Source of the DNA: the human T2T-CHM13v2.0 reference genome, Homo sapiens
NCBI RefSeq assembly: GCF_009914755.1
Contig: NC_060925.1
Direction: 5' to 3' (one strand)
DNA length: 64,000 bases
Shown here: one piece after another, positions 41,035-59,292 of the stretch
Layout: every line of letters begins with the position of its first letter
How positions within the stretch are numbered: position 1 is the first letter of the stretch
Notes under the pieces: generated by a model
What the model was told of the DNA's origin: nothing
What the model saw: the letters and a program-made list of their open reading frames with translations, nothing else
Database searches by the model: none
Translations under genes and position numbers: made by a program

Positions 41035-42632
41035 TTTTTCTTTCTTTTTTTTGAGGCAGAGTTTTGCTCTGTCGCCCAGGCTGGAGTACAGTGGCGCAAG
41101 CTTGGCTCATTGTAACCTCTATGTTCCAGGTTCAAGTGATTCTCATGCCTCAGCCTCCAGAGTAGATGGGACTACAGGCACACACCAGCATGCCTGACTA
41201 ATTTTTTAATTTTTATTTAATAGAGATGGAATTTCATCATGTTTGTCAGGCTGGAACTTTTTTTAATATTATATTTCAATAATGATTATACCAAAAATAT
41301 ATTTTGTATTATTTGAGAAAATCTGTAATGTATATTTGGGAGATTAATGAATACAGTTATGAAGGTCACTGAAGCATGACTCTTCTAAAACAAGTTAATA
41401 ATGCATTCTACAGAAAACCTTTTAGACATTACAACCTCTAACCTAAAAAATGGAACTCTAAATACCTTTTCACCATCTCAGTAGTAATTTCTGACACATC
41501 ACTTTCAGAAGGCTCATAAGCCAACTCAGATACAACCGTAATATTAATGAGGAAAGCAGTTAGTGTCAAAGGAAGAGGATTGAAAGTAGAAGTGTTATGA
41601 AACTCCTCTTTTACTTTTTTGCATGCTATCAAAATCACTGCCAATAATATGAATGTCAGGTCAATTTCCATAGGTAAATCCGTTACCTTTTACCTCTTTA
41701 AAAGAAAAGTTTTGCAGAAGAGGGCTGAAAATTTCTTGAGCCATTTCAGCACAAAGAATGGAAGTTCATTTCTCACCATGATACAACTCTACCCTGCTGT
41801 CATCTTCATTGTGATGGTGGCAGAAGTTTAGCAGGGTGCAAGTGACCACTAAATGACATCTTTTCATGAACAATTGATAAATCTTTTTGAAAACCCTATG
41901 AAAGATGAATTGGAACGGAGCAAGACTGAGGCAGGATGACTAGTTAAAGGCTTGTTTCAGCCCTTCTGCCATTAAAGGACACGGAAGCTACCATCTAAGA
42001 AGCAGAGAGCGACCTCTCACCAAAGAGTCTGCTGGCACCTTGATCTTGCACTTCGCAGCTTCTAGAGCTATAAGAAATAAACTTGTGTTGTTTATAACTA
42101 GGAGGCCGTTGTACTATTATTATTCCTATTTTATGGTTGAGAAAACCAAGGCATGGGGAAATTAAATGACTTGCCTGAAGGTTTTCTACTGCTAGTAATT
42201 GGCAAGAGGAAAAGAAACGTGCAAGAACTTTATTGATTGGATGGGAATGGTAGATACATTAATTTGAAGGATTTTGTCTTAGTAGATCTTAGAGAAAGAA
42301 GAGTACATTTGGGAGAAATAAGTGAATTTTGTTTTAGAAAAAAAAATATGCGTATGTGTGTTTTATTTTTTAGACAGAGTCTCACTCTGTTGCCCAAGCT
42401 GGAGTGCAGTGGCATGATCTCTGTTCACGGCACCCTCCATCTCTCAGGTTCAAGTGATTCTCCTGCTTCAGCCTCCTGAGTTGCTGGGACTACACGCCAC
42501 CATGCCTGGCTAATTTTTGTATTTTTAGTAGAGATGGGGTTTTGCCAAGTTGGCCAGGCTGGTCTCAAACTCCTGACATCCTGGGCCTCCCATAGTTCTG
42601 GGATTACAGGCATGAGCCACTGTGCCCTGCCA
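41035..42632 (-). mobile_element. Two antisense Alus (41035-41255, truncated; 42361-42632)
   Basis: Alu consensus matches. Confidence 0.8.
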
Positions 42633-42789
42633 AAAAAAAGTTTTGAAGTGGAAATGCCTAGTAGGTAGCTATCATTATATTATATATATTATATATGATA
42701 AATATATTAATGTATCTTTCTAGAGTTAAGTAGAAAAGTGTTGGCCGGAGATAAAGACTGAGGAGTCATCAGCATATAGGGAGTGAAGC

Positions 42790-43008
42790 AAGGCTCTCAT
42801 TCTCAGCATTATTGACACAGGGGGCCAGATAATTCTTTGTTGTGGGGGGCTATGCTCTCCACTGGAGGACATTTAGCAGCTTTCTTGGCCTCCACTCAAT
42901 AGATGCCAGGGGAAGCCCTCTCCAGTTGTAATAGCCAAAAGTGTCTCCAAACATTGGCAAATGTCCCCTGGGAGCGGGGGGCAAAACCAACTCTGTTGAG
43001 AACCACTG
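42790..43008. mobile_element. MER20 DNA transposon
   Basis: gataattctttgttgtggggg ... caaatgtcccctggg ... ttgagaaccactg. Confidence 0.78.
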
Positions 43009-43998
43009 GTGTAGAGGAAGCCAAGAATGTAGATAAAATCATTTAGAAGTAGTAAGACATATGCAGGATCACGTTTCTTAGCCCTTTAAAGTTCATTTTC
43101 AACCTTTTTGAACATAAACATACTTTGTTTAATTTTATCTTAATTTTCATATCTAGTTTGTCAAGTTTACAAGTATTAAATTGTGTTATAATGCTAAAAA
43201 GGCTTTTAAAATTACACCTCTACCTCTCCTTCCCCCTCCAATTCTGATGCACCCTTTGAGGGGGTCTCTTCTCACTTAGAAAATTATTGATAGAGAATTA
43301 TGTAGAGGACAGAAAGCTGAACAAACACCAATATTTAATGGACAGGTGAAGACAGAGGAGTGTTCAGGGAGAGTAACGGGAGTCATCAGAGGGACACCAG
43401 GAGGGGAACCCAGGTAAGTCGTGATGAAACAGATGGTGAATGACTTCAGAGTATTTTGGCCCTGCAAACTGCAAGGGTACATCGTAAAAGACTGCATAGT
43501 GCCCCTGGGGTTCATAAATCACTTCTTAGAGAAGTGAGAGAATTCTGAGTTCTCCCTGGGCTTAGAGTAAAAAAGGCATTTCCAGTGATAGGGCCCAATG
43601 CAACATTTAGGACAACTCGGGGAAGAAAACTTTGAGATTCAGAAAGAAAAATGACTTCTTCTGCCAAGGGAGAGATAAGGAAAACTGCAGATGAGGAGAT
43701 GGCCTGAGGTTTTGGTCTTGAAGGGAAGATCAGAAAACAAGGTCTGGGTTCCCGTTTATTTTGGAAGCAAAGTATTATCGTGCATTAGAAACTAGGCTCT
43801 GTACTCTTCTTTTGCTTATCTTCATATCTTAGAAAACTTTTCTTTTAAAATCTTCCAGCCAGTTTAGTTGGCCAAGAGAAAGATTTAGATATTTTGACAT
43901 TTCCGCCAATATAACTTCTGATTATCTCCTTTGTGGCTGGCTAGAGTGGTGGCACTGGCATCCTAGCTCTCCAATCAAAATTTTTAAAATAAAGATCT

Positions 43999-44322
<324 letters not shown>

Positions 44323-44373
44323 TTAATAATGCTCTATCTGTGATTTTCAGCAGTTTAAATATGATATGTTTAG

Positions 44374-44376
<3 letters not shown>

Positions 44377-44419
<43 letters not shown>
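44377..44419. repeat. (TG)n microsatellite, about 21 units
   Basis: Uninterrupted TG run. Confidence 0.95.
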
Positions 44420-47220
<2,801 letters not shown>

Positions 47221-47784
47221 TTTCTAATTAATACAGGTTTTTTTTGGGGGGTGTTTCTAATGAAAACATTTTAATGAGGCTGGTTTTCACAGCTGTTGTT
47301 ATACCACAAATCAAAATGGCCAAGTCCAAAATGAAAAATCACCAGAATGGCAGGGCATAATGAATTTAAGCACAGAAATTAGATGAAGTTATCTGTTTCT
47401 CACATGACTTGATAATCTAAAAAGCAGAAAGTAAAATGGTATGTTTTAAAAGTTATCATCAAAAGTGTCCTTGAGGTCGGCACTGACTGTGTCCTGATGG
47501 CCATGCAGGCAGGAGTTGTGCTATGTAGGTAGGCTCTGCTATTTGCTCTTCACACCTCTGGTTAGTTTACAATCTCTCCTTGTTCTAAGTTTTCACCAAA
47601 GCCTGATACTGGCTTTTGTTTTCCTTGAGGCTATGTTGCTTCTCATATAAACATGATTTCCATTTTATGACTGTCCTAACCCTTCATGGTGCAAGCCTGT
47701 TTCTCTGAGCTACTATATTCTTCATATATTTATGTTATTACTTCTTACTATTCAGAAGTACCTTAATATTCAGAACTACCCTTC

Positions 47785-48091
47785 AAATTGGAGGGCTCTT
47801 TTCTGACCATATTCTCAGCTGTTGGACAGGGGACAGGGACCGATCATGCTGGGTGGTTGGAAAAGCCTATGGGAGGCCAAGTAGGGGAGACCTACTGCCA
47901 GGACTATCACTCCAAGCTCGATTCTTGGGCCTTCCACCTTCACATTCTAGAGGAAAGCATATTGCCACTCATCCAAGTTGTGTGCTGTGATTGCTAGTGA
48001 AATCTGATCAGCTCCGGGGGCTCTCAGCTCTTGGCTGTCAATGCAGGGTGATACTGGGCTACAGGGGGAAGAGGTAAAGAAGAGAGATTAT
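47785..48091 (+). repeat. Copy A of a ~305-bp direct repeat (AG/GT-bounded 255-nt core at 47819-48073)
   Basis: Core aligns without gaps to 56437-56691 with 28 mismatches in 255 nt. Confidence 0.92.
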
Positions 48092-48160
48092 GCAGATATG
48101 TCTGAAATCACAATCTTTCTGATTAGATATTTTGGCTCTATAATCAATTGTTTCTTCTAA

Positions 48161-49578
<1,418 letters not shown>

Positions 49579-51460
49579 GACACGATTTGTTTCAAACTGG
49601 CCCTGGACCCGGCACCCTCCCTTCTGCTTCTGACTCCTCACACATCAGTCCTTCTTCTTTGGATACCTGATTAATGGACATTTCCGGTTCTCGACCCTTC
49701 TGCTTTCTCTCCAGGGGATGGCTTACATCTTCCTTCCTGGCTAGCACCTTTTTAGGGTGGCACTTACAGTAAGCTATCTCTTTGTCCTCACCCTTCTGTG
49801 TGTTGCCCCAGAGATGAGCCTGCCCAGGGGTTACCTAAGATCTCAACTCTCTTCTGTCCCTGACAGGTTGTGGCAGACTGGGCACCCTCATACTGAAAAT
49901 CATCATTGAAGAGAGAGTAGAATCTGGAGCTTCATAGAGGTGGAAAGTTGTGATAACTTTCCTTGCCCATCATGAGCGTCATAGCTGACACTCCTATAAC
50001 AAAAGATGAGTTAGCAAGAGAAAAGTTTGTCAAAGTTTTATTTTATTTTATCAAAATTTTACATGATGCAGGAGCCTTCTGAAATGAAGACCCAAAGACT
50101 CAGGGAAGACTCTGTTTTTATGCTTAGGTTCAATGAGGAATGCCTAGCCCTGTAGAAATGTGACTGGATAAAGGGTAGAGTCTGATGCTAACAGACTGAT
50201 GGGGAAAACTTAGCAAGGCCTGTGTGTTTAGATTCTTCTTGGCCTGTGTACCATTCCTTCCTCCTGGGTGTGGGGCAGTACTCCTCTGAAACGAGGGTCT
50301 TTAATGACTTTTCTCAGTTGCTTTGCATTTGCTTCTTTGTGAAAGATCAGTTGACTCTATTCATGTGAGCCTATTTGGGGGCTCCCTATTCTGTTCCATT
50401 AATCTATTTGTCTGTTCTTTCACCAATAATTGGATACTTTTTACAAGTTCTTCCTGGTTCTAACCACCATGTTCCTAATGATGATAAGCATTGACTAATT
50501 TCCAATTTTACCCAGTGTTGCCAGCTGGGGCACAGAAACAATACCCCAATATATGGCACTTTGGCCTGCTGAGTGCTTTGAACTAAGGGAGATTGGAAGA
50601 CCTCAGAAGCAAGGTCTCTCTGACATTCTCTTGCCCTTCTGTCCTTTACCCTTCCTTCTCCCCTGAAGCAAGTCATAGAAACCAAAATCCCTCTTCCCCA
50701 AAGCAAGCCATAAAACTTAGAAATGTTACTCTCTCCCTCCTCCCTGGCTGAAGTGATCCACCCACTTTGGCCTCCCAAAGTGCTGGGATTACAGGTGTGA
50801 GCCACCACTCTTGGCCGGGTATTTGCATTTCTAATGGGTTGTTAGAGATGATGATGCTTTAACACAAAGACCTGAATTCCCTGAGGAGGTGTGGCTGATG
50901 CTTAGACCTGGCTGAGGCCTCTCCAACCAGAGCCTCCATCAGTCAATCATCCTTTTTGTTTGTTTTCCTGGTGCTTGCCTTCTCTGCCAGGCTTCCCTCT
51001 CCTTTGGGGTTGGCAGCTGACTGTAGTGCCTGGCTGTCTCAGCTTGTGGGGAAGTGGCTATAAGGAGGAAACTGTAGAGAGGATTGATAAAAACAACCAC
51101 AGGGATTCACTGAGCCTGTGGTCAGGATATTAAGAGGAAGAGAAACAAAATTCAACCAAGCAGAACAAAAAGAAAGGAGTACATTCTGAATCAAGAGGCT
51201 GGAATCTGAGAGTATGTAAAATTGGAACCATTTGAGTTTATAACATTAATCTGCCTTCCCAAAGTGGGTCTATAAACACTAGTCCCAACTGGAAGCAGAG
51301 ACTAGATTCTTCTAGCCTTTTAATGATAATAATGATTAAGACTAAATTTATATGGCAGGTTCTGTGTTTAGCATTATTTATGGATTTTCTCATTTAATCT
51401 TCATGTTATAAGGTGAGTACTAATGTAATCTCCATTTCACAGATGAGACAACAGAGCTTA

Positions 51461-52238
<778 letters not shown>

Positions 52239-52952
52239 AAGAATTTTCCTTTCTGACTGACATATTTCAGTTTTAATAAATAGTGTGCCCCTCTATTTTA
52301 ACCATTTTGTTTTAGAAATATCTCCTTGTATTTTGTGCTTTCCCTTTCCCAGCCGTGATGGGAAAAAGAGACTCATTTCTGTTTTGATTTAGTGTCCTTG
52401 GAAATGCCCTACCTGATTCTGTGTCTATCTCCTTTAATAAGTCATCTAAAAGATATTGTCTGGTTCTTTTGTCTCAGTCAAATGTCTAGTAGTGGTATTT
52501 GGATCCTGAGACAATTCAGGGAAGTAGCATGTGCACTGTGTAGGACTTCCTGATCATTTTTAAATCGTGGCACAGAGAAAACCACACAAGTAAAGTTGTA
52601 AACAAATGAGGCTGCTTACAGCCAGGGGCAACTGGCCCTACCTGGCTATTCCTAGGCCTGAGAGCCACTCATTAGTTCTGTGTGCTGGTTACTCATACAA
52701 GGCATGTAGGTGGTCCCTGCATACTGTTTGTGAAGCTCATTTAGTGTTGTAGAAAACCTAAGTCTTTAGCGTCAGGCAGACTTGGTTTCATATTCTGACT
52801 CCACCACTTATTAACCATGTAGCTTTGGACAAATCATTTTAACTTCTCTGAATCTAAGTTCTTCATGTGCAAATGAGGGTGATAATACTTATCTTCTGGG
52901 ATTGTTGAAAATTAGAAATAATGTGAGTCTAGTGCCTCCTCCATAGTAATAA

Positions 52953-53503
52953 TGTGAAAGGAAAATAAAAACTCAGGATTCCAATACACTGTGCCAAAAG
53001 AAAAAACAAATTAAACTGAAAGCTGAGTCGTGCAAGATACTGACTTTCCGTTGGATCCTAAGCAGATAGCTACAGAGAAAAGATTAAAAATCTCCATAGA
53101 TGGCCAGGTGTGTTGGCTCATGCCTGTAATCCCAGCGCTTTGTGAGGCCAAGGTGGGTGGATCACTTGAGGTCAGGAGTTCAAGACCAGGCTGTCCAACA
53201 TGGCAAAACCTCAGTTCTACTAAAAATACAAAAAAAAAAAAAAAAAAAAAAGAAAGAAAGAAATTAGCAGGGCGTGGTGGCAGATGCTTGTAATTCCAGC
53301 TGCTTGGGAGGAGGAAGCAGGAGAATCGCTTGAACCCGGGAGGCGGAGGTTGTAGTGAACCGAGGTCACACCTCTGCACTCCCGCCTGGGCGACAGAGTG
53401 AGACTCTGGCAAGAAAGAAAGTAAAGTAAAGTAAAGTAAAAAGAAAGAGAGACTCTGGCAAGTAAGAAAGAAAGAAAAAGAAAGAGAAAGAAAGAAAGGA
53501 ACA

Positions 53504-53559
<56 letters not shown>

Positions 53560-53574
53560 AGGAAGGAAGGAAAA

Positions 53575-53614
<40 letters not shown>

Positions 53615-53978
53615 CAGAAAGAAAGAAAGAAAGGAAGAAAGAGAGAGAAAGAAAGAAAGGAAAAACTCCACAGGTTACTCGTTTCTACCTTATCTTACAT
53701 GAAGTGCCAATTTACCGAGAGCAAGACAATACATAATCGACTATTCCCCTACCTGCTACTTTTCCCTTACAACACGTGGATTACCATACTCTTCCTCTTT
53801 CCCCTCCAGCCTGCTTTTCCTCTAAATATTGAAACCCTCAAATTCATCTTTGGAGAAAGTCACAGACCACATACTGTTTCTGTGATTCTGTGTTGTTTTC
53901 TTCCAGGCATGTCCTTAACCTTGGCAAAATAAACTTCTAAATTAATTGCCACCTGTCTCAGATACCCTTGGTTTTACA
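52953..53978 (+). mobile_element. MER4-family LTR interrupted by an Alu (53102-~53410) with an expanded tail
   Basis: Starts tgtgaaaggaaaataaa and ends gttttaca; the Alu is flanked by aaaaa(t)ctcca(t/c)ag. Confidence 0.65.
53411..53665. repeat. Compound (GAAA)n/(GTAAA)n/(GGAA)n purine tract
   Basis: About 250 bp of almost pure purine repeat at the Alu tail. Confidence 0.95.
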
Positions 53979-54514
53979 GTAAGAATTCACATGCTTACAT
54001 AGTAACTATTAATTTTGGTTTCTTAGTGTGTTACCTATATATTGTATGCCTTTGTTTCTAATGATATTTATAAAGTATTGATGCCAGCTCATTGTTATCA
54101 CATTGCCAGTTAAAAAAAAAACTAATTTTTAACCTAAAAATTAGATAAGAGCTGGAGATGGATCTGGGGGTAGAACGGGGGCAGTAGTAAAAGCACGCGT
54201 CAGAGTGGGTGGGGCTGTCGAAGGTTTCTGAAGACCACAGAGTGTGATAACAAGGTTTTACAGTGTCATTTCCTTAAGTATTAAAGTATTACAGCCTGCT
54301 TCCTGAGAAGGCATTTGGGAAAGAGTCCCCAGAAAGGGGCCCCAGGAGAGATTCCAGAGAAACTCGTGTTTTGGAGATGTTGAGGGTGAACAAATGGTAA
54401 TGAGGATGATGACAGAACGCAAGAAAAGAGAACTAGCATTCACCGGACACCCACGATGTACCAAGCACTTTGCTAACCCTCATATTCTCTTTTACTTTCC
54501 AAAAACCTGTAGTA

Positions 54515-54720
54515 CTGTGGTTCTCAGCCAGGGGCAATTCATCCCCTGGGGAACACTTGCTAATATCTGGGGGCATATTTGTTTTCACAACTGGGAGTGC
54601 CACTGGCATCTAACAGGTAGAGCCCAGGAGTGCTGCGGAACATCCTACAATGCTCAGGGAAGGTCCTCACAAGAATAATTTGGCCCACAATGTCCATAGT
54701 GCTCAGGCTGAGAAACCGTG
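54515..54720. mobile_element. MER20 DNA transposon upstream of FCGR2B
   Basis: gtggttctcagccagggg ... aagaataatttggcccacaatgtccatagtgctcaggctgagaaacc. Confidence 0.75.
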
Positions 54721-55199
54721 CTTAAATGGTAGGCACAATAATCTTCACTTTTACAGATTGGAACCTGACACTCTGAGAAGCCACCTGGCATTCAACCCGA
54801 AACCTAACACAGCTCCAAAGCCCATGCTCTTTCACCATGCCGTTGCAGTGAGAACAGGGATGGAAATGAGGGTGGCAAAAATGACCAAGATACAAAACCA
54901 GGGCACAGATTGGTGCTCAATAGATACTTATTGGGATATTCATTAAATAGAAGAATGAATAAGAAAAAGAATGAATGAGGGCAGGGGAATAATGAGGATG
55001 AGTGTGGTCATTCTATTGCCATCCTGACATACCTCCTTGTCCTTGTTCCACAACTCAGCAGTGAGTCTGGGATTATGACAATAGAGAAAATTAAATGATG
55101 GTAGGTGGCCTGGAGTCCCCATGCTCAATTTCAAGAAGCATCCAGATTCCAGGGCCTGGGTCTCCAAATGGAAGTAGAAGTACTAGAAGATTGCTGGTG

Positions 55200-55596
55200 C
55201 ACGCTGTCCTGCATCACCCTTTCTCAGGAGGATAGAGACTGAAACAGGAGGTTCTGAGCTGAGTTTTGGTGACCATTTCCCTCTTTCTCCCAGAGGCCCA
55301 GGCCAGCTGTGGCCTCAGAGGAAGAAGAAGGGAGTTGTTTCCCTAGTTTCTAAAATTTCTGTGAATTTGAACATGGGCTACACCAGATTTATTCTGGGAA
55401 GCTCTGAATCTTCTAGGAGGGAAAGACTGAGAGGAAAGAGGGTGGAAAGGGAGGAGCCTGTGATAAAACAGAACATTTCTTTTTCACTTCCCCTTTCAGA
55501 CTCCAGAATTTGTTTGCCCTCTAGGGTAGAATCCGCCAAGCTTTGAGAGAAGGCTGTGACTGCTGTGCTCTGGGCGCCAGCTCGCTCCAGGGAGTG
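55200..55596 (+). promoter_or_regulatory. FCGR2B: FCGR2B proximal promoter and 5' UTR, -386G/-120T haplotype
   Basis: Counting back from the ATG at 55597: 55211 = G, 55477 = T. TGATAA at 55461; TTTCACTTCC (GGAAGTGAAA on minus) at 55482-55491. Confidence 0.8.
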
Positions 55597-55708
55597 ATGG
55601 GAATCCTGTCATTCTTACCTGTCCTTGCCACTGAGAGTGACTGGGCTGACTGCAAGTCCCCCCAGCCTTGGGGTCATATGCTTCTGTGGACAGCTGTGCT
55701 ATTCCTGG
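55597..55708 (+). CDS. FCGR2B: FCGR2B S1 exon, coding part (112 nt)
   Basis: MGILSFLPVLATESDWADCKSPQPWGHMLLWTAVLFL, donor G|gtgagt. This sequence is shared with FCGR2C; the position after FCGR3B indicates FCGR2B. Confidence 0.95.
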
Positions 55709-56402
55709 GTGAGTCAGGGCCCCCAGGAGGGAGAGAGGAACGGGAACCTCAGTTGGGGATAACCCTGGGCAAGGATGAGGGGTGGCATGGGAAGACCGTC
55801 AGGACACCCAGGGGAGGGAAGGCAGGCTGGTGAAGATGAAACCCTGATGACTCTGCTGGCTTTGGAAAGTCATCCAATGTGGCAGAGTTCAGGGTTTTTT
55901 CAGTGTCTTTCACCCAATCTTACTGAACACCCAGACTCTTGATGTTCTGTTGCTTTCCACATCAGAACCCGCTCTGAGAAAAGTCTAGTAACCTATACTT
56001 GAATGATAAATGAATGGCCAGAGTGTTTGCCTTCTTTGAAATTTATGCTTCACAAAAGACCAAATCTTAGGCAGGAGGGCCAGTGCTGCCTTGGGTAAGG
56101 GGTAGGGAGGAAGTTGTAAGATGCATTTTTGGGAGGAGGTGGCAGTGGCCATTCTCTGTGCCCCTGAAACCACTTTGTGTAGCAGAAGCCTATTGTCTTC
56201 ATGTGTAAGAATATTCCCCTAGGCAGAAGCACAGGGAGATCTGGGTTATCCAGGGAAAAGGGACTCTGAGAATACAAAAACCTGGGTAAGTCTGGAGTCA
56301 TCTGTTGTGGGACCAGAGAAATCATGCATGCTGCTTTTGACCACACAGACCATGATGGGGAAGTACTGCATCTGATCAGCAAGAGAGACAGGGTCTTTGG
56401 CC

Positions 56403-56709
56403 AAAATGGAGGGCTCTTTTCTAACCATGTTCTCAGCTGTTGGATAGGGGACGACGACTGATTTTGCTGAGTGGTTTGAAAAGCCTAGGGGAGGCCAAGT
56501 AGGGGAGACTTACTGCCAGGACTATCTCTCCAAGCTCAGTTCCTGGGGCTTCCACCCTCACATTCTAGAGGAAAGCATATTGCCACTCAGCCAAGTTGTG
56601 TGATGTGATTACTAGTGAAACGTGATCAGCTCTGGGGGCCCTCGGCTCTTGGCTGTCAATGCAGGATGATACTGGGCTACAGGAGAAAGAGGTAAGGAAG
56701 ACAGAGTAT
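56403..56709 (+). repeat. Copy B of the ~305-bp direct repeat, in FCGR2B intron 1 (core 56437-56691)
   Basis: See copy A; ttctcag| ... GAG|gtaagg. Confidence 0.92.
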
Positions 56710-58861
56710 TCCCCCATGAATAGGATGGAATGGATTAAAGTAGAAGAGAAAGTGAAGTGAACTACCTCATTTGTCATGTGGGGAAGTTCAGGCCTAGAGA
56801 GGTGATGTGCTTCTCTACCACCTGGGCAAGACTCCTGGGAAAGATCTTTGGTATTTTTTCCCATTTGCCTTTTACTAAGTCATCAAAGATTTACCCCATT
56901 TTTTCCATTCTTATTGGGGCTGCCACATTTACGTCTTCATCACTTGATAACTCAATTTTTATAGCACCCTCTGATGGGGTCTTGATTGATCCTGTCTCCC
57001 CTCCCCTGCATCCATGCTGCCCACCAAGGCCACGGCATCTTCAGGTCCAGCTATGGCTGTGTCAGTGCATTTAATAAATGCCTTCCGTGCTGCTCCATTG
57101 CCCACTGCAAAAACTCTAATTCTGCCCTGCACACTGTGTTCTCCATTGCACCCCACATGAATCTTCTTCTACAGCCAGGCAGTATGTACACTGCACTTTC
57201 TGTTTTTACCACCTTTGCTCCTGCTGACTCTCCAAATTCTATGTGCAGGCACTGTTCTAGGACTTGGAGACTTATCAGTGAACATGACTGACAGCCTTCC
57301 TGACCGGAAATACGAGGTCAATGAACTTATTGTGAAGCAATAAGTACACCGGGTGGGAGGATATTTGGTATTTACTACTATTTATTAACTGTGGAATGGA
57401 TACATAATTGGTGACTTCTCTCTCCTTTCCTCATCTTTTCCTTTTTTTTCTCTCGCTCTTCCTCTTCTTTTTTACTCTCTCTCCCACTACACCGTCCCCC
57501 TTGCCAATCCTACATACTCAGGTTTTTAGCTACCACTTCTATGTCAATAACTCCTAAACCTATTTCTCTTGCTTGCTTCTGTCAAGTATAATTTTATATT
57601 TCCACTGCTGGTTGGACACCTCTAAAATGATTCTCCAGCTCAAAAACAAAGCATATTCAAAATGCAACTTATCATCTCCTCCTTACAAACGTTCTCTTCC
57701 TCCTAACATTTGTATTTGCGTAAGCGCAGCCACCCTTTTCCTAGTTATCCAACTTAAATCACCCCCACAGTCTATTAAATGCCAACTTCTCTCTGCCACT
57801 TAAATTTCTTCTGCATCTGTTTCCTCTTCTTCACCTCCTATTGTCAGTACAACTTTGGGCTCTCTTATCTCCCACCTAGATTCAACCAGTGAATGATTTC
57901 CAGAGCAATGGCACATCAAATTAATATGGCTACTGCTCTCTTTGAATTTATATTCTACTGAGGGATATAAACGGTAAGTAAACAAACAAGAAGGCATAAG
58001 TACAAATGGAAAAGGGCTATGAAGATGTAAACGGGGTACTGTGATAAGATTAGTTGTGGGGAAGAGAAGAGAGCAGCCCACTTTAAACAGGATGTTATGT
58101 AAAGAGTTTTCTGAGGGGGTGACATTTAAGCTGAGACTTTCAACATGGTAAGGATTCAGCCATTTGGTGATCAAGGACGCATTTCAGGGTAGAGGGATTG
58201 GCATACAGAAAATCCCCAAATTTGAAGAATGCCAGGAAGGCCAGTGTTAATGAGGCTCAATGAGTAGGTGAAAAGGGATCTGAGCTGAGGCTGGAGAAGG
58301 AAGCACGGACCCAATTTGATAGGGCTTGCAGGCCATTTCCATTTTATTTTAAGACCAAAGAAAGGCAACTGAAGGCTTGTAAGTTGGGGAGTGATATCAT
58401 CTGATTTCGTTTTTTTTTTTTTTTTAAGGAACTAGCTTCTTTATGGAAAATGGATTGTAGGGTGACCATAAGAAGTGAGGGGACAAATTAAGATATGGGA
58501 AAAAGCTGATGGTGACTTAAACTGAGTAGTGTCTATAAAGGGGGTGAAGAGAAGTTAGTGGGTGCAAGATCTAAGTTGGAAGCAGGATCAACAAGACTTC
58601 CTGGTGTGGAAGGGACTGGATTTTGGGAGACAGAGAGGTTAAAAGATGGCTTGCAGGTTTCTGGCCTATGTAGCTGGGTGGATAACGAAGATACATATTG
58701 ACATGGGGAAGACGGAGAGAAACAGAATGTGTCCACTTGCTATGACAACATGAAGCCATTGGTGATTTTGACAAGAAAAGTTTTAGTGGACTGCTGAGGG
58801 CCGAGTCCAAATTGCAGAGAATTAGACAGTGAATGAGAGGAGAAGAAATCAGGACAGCCTA

Positions 58862-59292
<431 letters not shown>

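Noticed and set aside
41438-41671. 77-aa minus-strand ORF with a hydrophobic, signal-like N-terminus (MEIDLTFILLAVILIAC)
   Set aside because: No recognisable homology, promoter or splice support; such ORFs arise by chance in AT-rich DNA.
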